Assembly: GCA_963728865.1 (NCBI GenBank)
Contig: CAVSLZ010000001.1
Span: forward strand, 163,122 to 227,121
Reading direction: 5' to 3'
Length of the DNA stretch: 64,000 nt
Source of the DNA: an uncultured Actinomycetota bacterium
GTDB taxonomy: Bacteria > Actinomycetota > Actinomycetes > Mycobacteriales > Nakamurellaceae
Below, piece by piece: positions 59,541-64,000 of the stretch. A program made the position numbers and the translations under genes. The first letter of the stretch is position 1. The number at the start of each line of letters is the position of its first letter. The notes beneath the pieces are model-generated. The model was not told the origin of the DNA, did no database searches, and saw only the letters and a list, made by a program, of their open reading frames with translations.

Positions 59541-60401
59541 TCAGCCGCTGCGGTTCCGGACCGATGACAATCGGGTGGAGCGCCCCACCCGGTCCGCCAT
59601 CAATTCGACGACCGACGCGGTGGCCGGATGGGCGGGCGCGACGGTGACCGGCACACCCGCGGATTTCCACTCCGCGACGACATCGGCGCCGACGCCGTCG
59701 TCGGTGAAAAGCCCAGTCAGGCGGGCGGATTCGGCGAACGAATGCAACCCGAACCCGCTGACCTTGGAGGAATCGAACAGACCGTAGACCTTGTCGCACG
59801 CCGCGGCCAGAAAACTCTTGGTCTGCGCCTCCTCAGCCGAGATGTCCAGCAATCCCAGCGACGTCGACAGCCCGATGACACCGAAGAATCCCTTGGATAT
59901 CCTGCCGCGGCCGGCAAGAACATCGCCGATCGGTCCCACCAGGGAACCGGCCGACCGCCGCAGCACCCCGCCCGGCATCAGAACCCTTGCCGAGGAATTC
60001 TCCATGAACAGCATGGCGTGCCGCAGGCCGTTCGTGACGATCACCAGATCCCGCCGGCCGAGCAAATCCTGAGCGAGGTAGAACGTCGTGGTCGACGAGT
60101 CGATCGCGATGACGTCACCGTCCCGGACCAGCGGCGCGGCCGCTCTGGCGATGGCGCGCTTGGCCTCCTTGAGATGACGCAATCGCATCTCGAAGGCACC
60201 CTCGTCGCTCGCGCCGACGCTCACCGCTCCGCCGCGGACACGCCGCAGCAGGCAGCGGCGCTCCAGCGCCTCGAGATCCTTGCGGATCGTCACGGTGGAT
60301 ACGGCGAAGGTGGCAGCCAGTTCGGCCACCGAAACCTGGCCGGTGGACTTGAGTTGCGCCAGCACCGCCTGCTCGCGTTCGTACTCGTCGAGCGATGCCA
60401 T
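59541..60401 (-). CDS. DeoR/GlpR-family regulator of the rhamnose operon
   Basis: VSTVTIRKDL, RVRGGA, IDSSTT, VTN. Confidence 0.93.
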   Translation of the reverse strand: MASLDEYEREQAVLAQLKSTGQVSVAELAATFAVSTVTIRKDLEALERRCLLRRVRGGAVSVGASDEGAFEMRLRHLKEAKRAIARAAAPLVRDGDVIAIDSSTTTFYLAQDLLGRRDLVIVTNGLRHAMLFMENSSARVLMPGGVLRRSAGSLVGPIGDVLAGRGRISKGFFGVIGLSTSLGLLDISAEEAQTKSFLAAACDKVYGLFDSSKVSGFGLHSFAESARLTGLFTDDGVGADVVAEWKSAGVPVTVAPAHPATASVVELMADRVGRSTRLSSVRNRSG

Positions 60402-60523
60402 CTCGTCCACCCCCTCGTGGTCTCGCTGCCATGCGGATATTTGCCCGTGCTCACTTCTCAAGTCGGTGTAGTTAAACGCGTGACCCACGACACGTCAATG
60501 AAGTGGCAAGAAGTGAAAGCAGT

Positions 60524-61159
60524 TCAGTTTCGAACCAGCGGTGGTGAGCTTTCGGGAACCCCGTCAGACCCTGCTGTCCGATAGGTCAGGTGCGTGCAGA
60601 CCGGTGATACTTCCACCGCCGTCTGGTGCAGGCGGTTCCGCCCGACTCCCGCGAACAGCGGGGTGCCCGCCCCGAGCAGTTCCGGGGACAGGTGCAGACG
60701 AAGTTCGTCGAGAAGTCCGTCACGCAGGCACGAGCCGATCAGTGCCCCGCCACCCATGACGAAGACATCGCGGTGCCCGGCGGCCGCCCTGGCCAGTTCG
60801 ATGGCCGCTGCGGGCCCGTCGAGAACAAAGGTGAAGTCGCGCGAGCCGGCGAGCCGGTACGACTCCGGTACCCGGCCGCTCACCACGTAGAAGGGCGGCC
60901 GACCATCGCGGTCGGCACCGTAACCGCGCTCAGCGCTCCACGCCCCGTCGACCGTGTCGAAGGTCCGTCGCCCCATCACGACCGCACCGGAGTCAGCGGT
61001 GTGCCGCTCGAGAACCCCGCGGTCCACCGGATCCCTGCTTTCCAGGGCCCACGCGTGCAGGCCGTCGGCGTCGAGGCCAAGCCCATGCTGCGGGTCTGCG
61101 CCGGGGCCGGTCACGAATCCGTCGAGTGAGACGGTGATGTCGCCGATCACGAGGGTCAT
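60524..61159 (-). CDS. Dihydrofolate reductase-like (RibD C-terminal) protein
   Basis: SLDGFV, MGRRTF, GGG, LLDE, LLGAG. Confidence 0.9.
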   Translation of the reverse strand: MTLVIGDITVSLDGFVTGPGADPQHGLGLDADGLHAWALESRDPVDRGVLERHTADSGAVVMGRRTFDTVDGAWSAERGYGADRDGRPPFYVVSGRVPESYRLAGSRDFTFVLDGPAAAIELARAAAGHRDVFVMGGGALIGSCLRDGLLDELRLHLSPELLGAGTPLFAGVGRNRLHQTAVEVSPVCTHLTYRTAGSDGVPESSPPLVRN

Positions 61160-61276
61160 GAAACTGATGACCGGAGTCGCTCGGATATCTCATCGCGGGC
61201 CCACCACACCGCCCGCATCTCTGCCGAAGTCCGCCGACGCCCGGCGGACGCGGCAGGTCCGTGCGACGCTGGAACG

Positions 61277-62695
61277 ATGTTGGAGCTGGTAGCCGTGACC
61301 CCGCACCGCATTGCAAGCCTGTTCCCGATCATCGGAGACGACCGGCGGGACGCCCTGGTGGCCACCGCCGCAGGCGCGAGCGAACGGCTCGCAGGGCGCA
61401 TCGTGCTGCATGTCAATTCGACTGCCACCGGCGGTGGAGTCGCCGAGATGCTGCCGACGCTGGTCGGATATGCGCAGCAGGTCGGCGTGGACGCCCGCTG
61501 GGCGGTGGTCCCGGGCAACCCGCCGTTCTTCGATGTGACGAAAAGGGTGCACAACCGGATCCACGGTCATCGGGGTGATGACGGGCAACTGGGTTCGGCC
61601 GAACGACAGATCTACGAAGGCGTGCTCGCCGAGGCGGTGCCCGACCTGCTGCTGATGTTGCATCCGGGCGACGTGGTTGTTTTGCACGATCCACAGACGC
61701 TGGGGCTGGCGCCGATGCTGCACCGGGCCGGCATCGCCACCATCTGGCGGTGCCATATCGGATCGGACTCCGTGAACGCGGTGACCGAGGACGCCTGGCA
61801 GTTCCTCGCCCCATATTTCGACAGCGTCACGGCATTCGTCTTCTCCCGCTTGTCATACCGCCCCGAACAGGTTCCAGCAGACCGGTTCCACGTCATCACC
61901 CCGTCGTTGGACCCGTTGTCCGCCAAGAATCGTCCGCTACCCCAGGCCGACGTCATCGCGGTCCTGGGATACACCGGGCTCATCGCAGCCGGTGACGGGC
62001 GAGCCCCGAGCTACCAACGGCGGGATGGCTCCGTCGCCACGATGGCCCACCGTGCCGACATCATCCAGGTCGGCCCGCCGGTTCCGCAGGACGAGCCGCT
62101 GGTCGTCCAGGTGTCGCGCTGGGACGGCCTCAAGGACATGTCCGGCGTGATGACCGGCTTCGCGGAGCAGGTGGCCACCACCGGCTCCGGCCACCTCATC
62201 CTGGCCGGCCCCAACATGGCCGGCGTCTCCGACGATCCGGAAGGCGCCGCGGAGTTCGAGCGTTGCGTCCACACCTGGCAGAAACTGCCGTACGCCCAGC
62301 GGGAGCGGGTCCACCTGGCGTCTCTCCCGCTGGACGACACGGAGGAGAACGCGACCATCGTCAATGCGCTCCAGCGGCACGCAACGGTGGTCGCCCAGAA
62401 GAGCCTTGCCGAGGGGTTCGGCCTGACCGTGGTGGAGGCCATGTGGAAGGGGCGGCCGGTCGTGGCCAGCAACGTCGGTGGGATCGCCGACCAGATCGAC
62501 GGGCCGGGCTGTGGTGTGCTGCTGGACGACCCGACCGACTTGGCCGCGTTCGGCGGACTGGTCCGTGAACTGCTCGACGACACCGCGCGCGCGCAGGCCA
62601 TCGGGCACGCCGCCGAGGCCAGGTCCCGGCACTTCCTGCCGGACCTGCACCTAGCCAAGTGGGCGGCGTTGATCGGCGAACTCGTCGATCGCTAG
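61277..62695 (+). CDS. GT4 glycosyltransferase, TreT-like trehalose synthase
   Basis: HVNSTATGGGVAEML, TKRVHN, HDPQ, WRCH, QVSRWD, QKSLAEGFGLTV. Confidence 0.85.
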   Translation: MLELVAVTPHRIASLFPIIGDDRRDALVATAAGASERLAGRIVLHVNSTATGGGVAEMLPTLVGYAQQVGVDARWAVVPGNPPFFDVTKRVHNRIHGHRGDDGQLGSAERQIYEGVLAEAVPDLLLMLHPGDVVVLHDPQTLGLAPMLHRAGIATIWRCHIGSDSVNAVTEDAWQFLAPYFDSVTAFVFSRLSYRPEQVPADRFHVITPSLDPLSAKNRPLPQADVIAVLGYTGLIAAGDGRAPSYQRRDGSVATMAHRADIIQVGPPVPQDEPLVVQVSRWDGLKDMSGVMTGFAEQVATTGSGHLILAGPNMAGVSDDPEGAAEFERCVHTWQKLPYAQRERVHLASLPLDDTEENATIVNALQRHATVVAQKSLAEGFGLTVVEAMWKGRPVVASNVGGIADQIDGPGCGVLLDDPTDLAAFGGLVRELLDDTARAQAIGHAAEARSRHFLPDLHLAKWAALIGELVDR

Positions 62696-62735
62696 CCGGG
62701 CGGCTCAGTAGCCGCGCGGCTCAGTCCGCTTCGGT

Positions 62736-63437
62736 TCAGGAGGCGCCGAGGGCCTTCACCATCTCGGCGGCCAACGGCGCAGACGACGCCGGGTTCTGGC
62801 CGGTGTACAAATTGCGGTCCACCACGACCTTCGGCGCCCAGGGTTCACCCTCCTGGTAATCGACCCCCAGCTCCACCAGGCGGTCCTGCAGCAGCCATTT
62901 CGCCTTGTCGGCGAGCCCGCCCTGGGTTTCTTCGGCGTTGCTGAACCCGGTCAGCCGGTAGCCGGCGAACGGTGACGAGCCGTCCGGGTCCGCGGTTGCC
63001 AGCAGCGCGGCCGGTGCGTGGCAGACGACGCCCAGCGGTTTGTCGGATGCGAGCGTCTCGGCCAGCAGGCGCGCCGAATCGGCGTCGACGGCGAGATCCT
63101 CCATCGGACCGTGACCACCCGGGTAAAACACCGCTGCATAGTCCGACAGGTCGACGTCCTCGAGCTTGCGTGGAGACCGCAGCTGCTCGATCGACCCCAG
63201 CTCGACCTCGACCACGTCGGCGTTCTCCTTGCCCCCGTTGACCTCCGGCGCGAGGCTGGCCCGGTCGACCACCGGCGTCACCCCGCCCGGGGTGGCCACG
63301 ACGACCTCATGGCCGGCCGCGGTGAACTCCCGGAACGGCGCCACGAGTTCCTCGGCCCAGAACCCGGTGGGGTGCCCGGTGCCGTCGGCCAGTGTCCAGG
63401 TGTCGGCGCCGGTGACGACGAACAGAACCTTGCTCAT
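62736..63437 (-). CDS. DJ-1/PfpI (Hsp31-like) type 1 glutamine amidotransferase-domain protein
   Basis: GFWAEE, PGGHGPM, VCHAPA, TGQNPAS. Confidence 0.92.
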   Translation of the reverse strand: MSKVLFVVTGADTWTLADGTGHPTGFWAEELVAPFREFTAAGHEVVVATPGGVTPVVDRASLAPEVNGGKENADVVEVELGSIEQLRSPRKLEDVDLSDYAAVFYPGGHGPMEDLAVDADSARLLAETLASDKPLGVVCHAPAALLATADPDGSSPFAGYRLTGFSNAEETQGGLADKAKWLLQDRLVELGVDYQEGEPWAPKVVVDRNLYTGQNPASSAPLAAEMVKALGAS

Positions 63438-63611
63438 GGGTGGTGCTCCTTCACAACGGGGATGGTGAACCTCCGCCACCGTAGGCAAGATCTTCCCGTC
63501 CGTCGAAGTTCCCGCTCACTCGATGCCTCCCCGGCCCCCGACCAGCTACCGTCAGACGACCGGGACAACTACGGTCAGGCGACCGCAGCACGGTAGGAAG
63601 GGAGCCGCCCG

Positions 63612-63968
63612 ATGACCGTCGGAGTCGACGCAGCCTCGGCCGTACCACCCTACGAGCAGGTCCGGTCGCAGCTCGCCCGGCAGATCAACGAGGGCTCACT
63701 GGCCGTCGGCACGAAACTGCCGACGGTTCGCGCATTGGCCGGCGAGCTCGGCCTCGCGGTCAACACGGTCGCCAGGGCCTACCGGGAACTGGAGGCGGCG
63801 CAGCTGCTCGAGACGCGAGGGAGGGCAGGCAGTTTCGTCGCATCAGATGGTGACAGCAGCAGGTCGGCGGCCGCGGCCGCCGCTACGGAATTCGTGCAAG
63901 CGGTCGATGCCATCGGCATCGACCGGTCAGAGGCGCTGGCCATCGTGCGCGCCGCCTTGGACAGCTGA
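63612..63968 (+). CDS. Small GntR (YtrA-type) regulator
   Basis: PPYEQV, LPTVRALA, NTVARAYRELE, GRAGSFV. Confidence 0.92.
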   Translation: MTVGVDAASAVPPYEQVRSQLARQINEGSLAVGTKLPTVRALAGELGLAVNTVARAYRELEAAQLLETRGRAGSFVASDGDSSRSAAAAAATEFVQAVDAIGIDRSEALAIVRAALDS

Positions 63969-64000
63969 CCGAGAACACCCAACCCGTCAAAGCACCGCGG

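Noticed and set aside
62693-62724. 16-bp tandem duplication tagccg(g/c)gcggctcag between convergent genes
   Set aside because: Too short to interpret; at most a weak bidirectional terminator
63487-63513. GGGAACTTCG...ATCTT upstream of the DJ-1 gene as a third ECF promoter
   Set aside because: Spacer is 2 nt shorter than at 1016-1044 and the -10 differs; chance match likely

Overview
High-GC actinobacterial chromosomal segment. The left end (1-11.2 kb) holds a partial repeat-plus-M6-protease-like gene that the ORF track missed, a lipoprotein, a translationally coupled Ser/Thr kinase-ECF sigma pair, tRNA-Arg(CCT), an MFS transporter, a GlxA-type AraC regulator, a BtrH-like gene with a highly structured leader, and an M28 aminopeptidase. 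About 49 kb (11.7-60.4 kb) is an almost continuous run of four sugar-catabolic modules: (1) a LacI-controlled glucuronide module (uidA, uxuB, uxaC, uidB-like, GH3) that embeds a complete nickel-pincer (NPN) system, namely a larA homologue plus larE-larB-larC, with the same operator in front of each unit; (2) a GntR-controlled aldonate module (manD, second uxuB, MFS, idnD-like, kdgK, eda); (3) a myo-inositol operon lacking iolB and preceded by an excisionase-like HTH gene; (4) an L-rhamnose operon ending in a ketose 3-epimerase. The right end has RibD-C, TreT-like GT4, DJ-1/PfpI and YtrA-type GntR genes. No CRISPR array, transposase or integrase was seen. All product calls come from motif recognition by eye, not from database searches. 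The best candidates for new biology are the NPN-dependent sugar-acid epimerase branch, a phosphorylase-type GH3 in that regulon, the twin-hairpin leader RNA at 9.06-9.3 kb, and the kinase/ECF module with matching divergent promoters.
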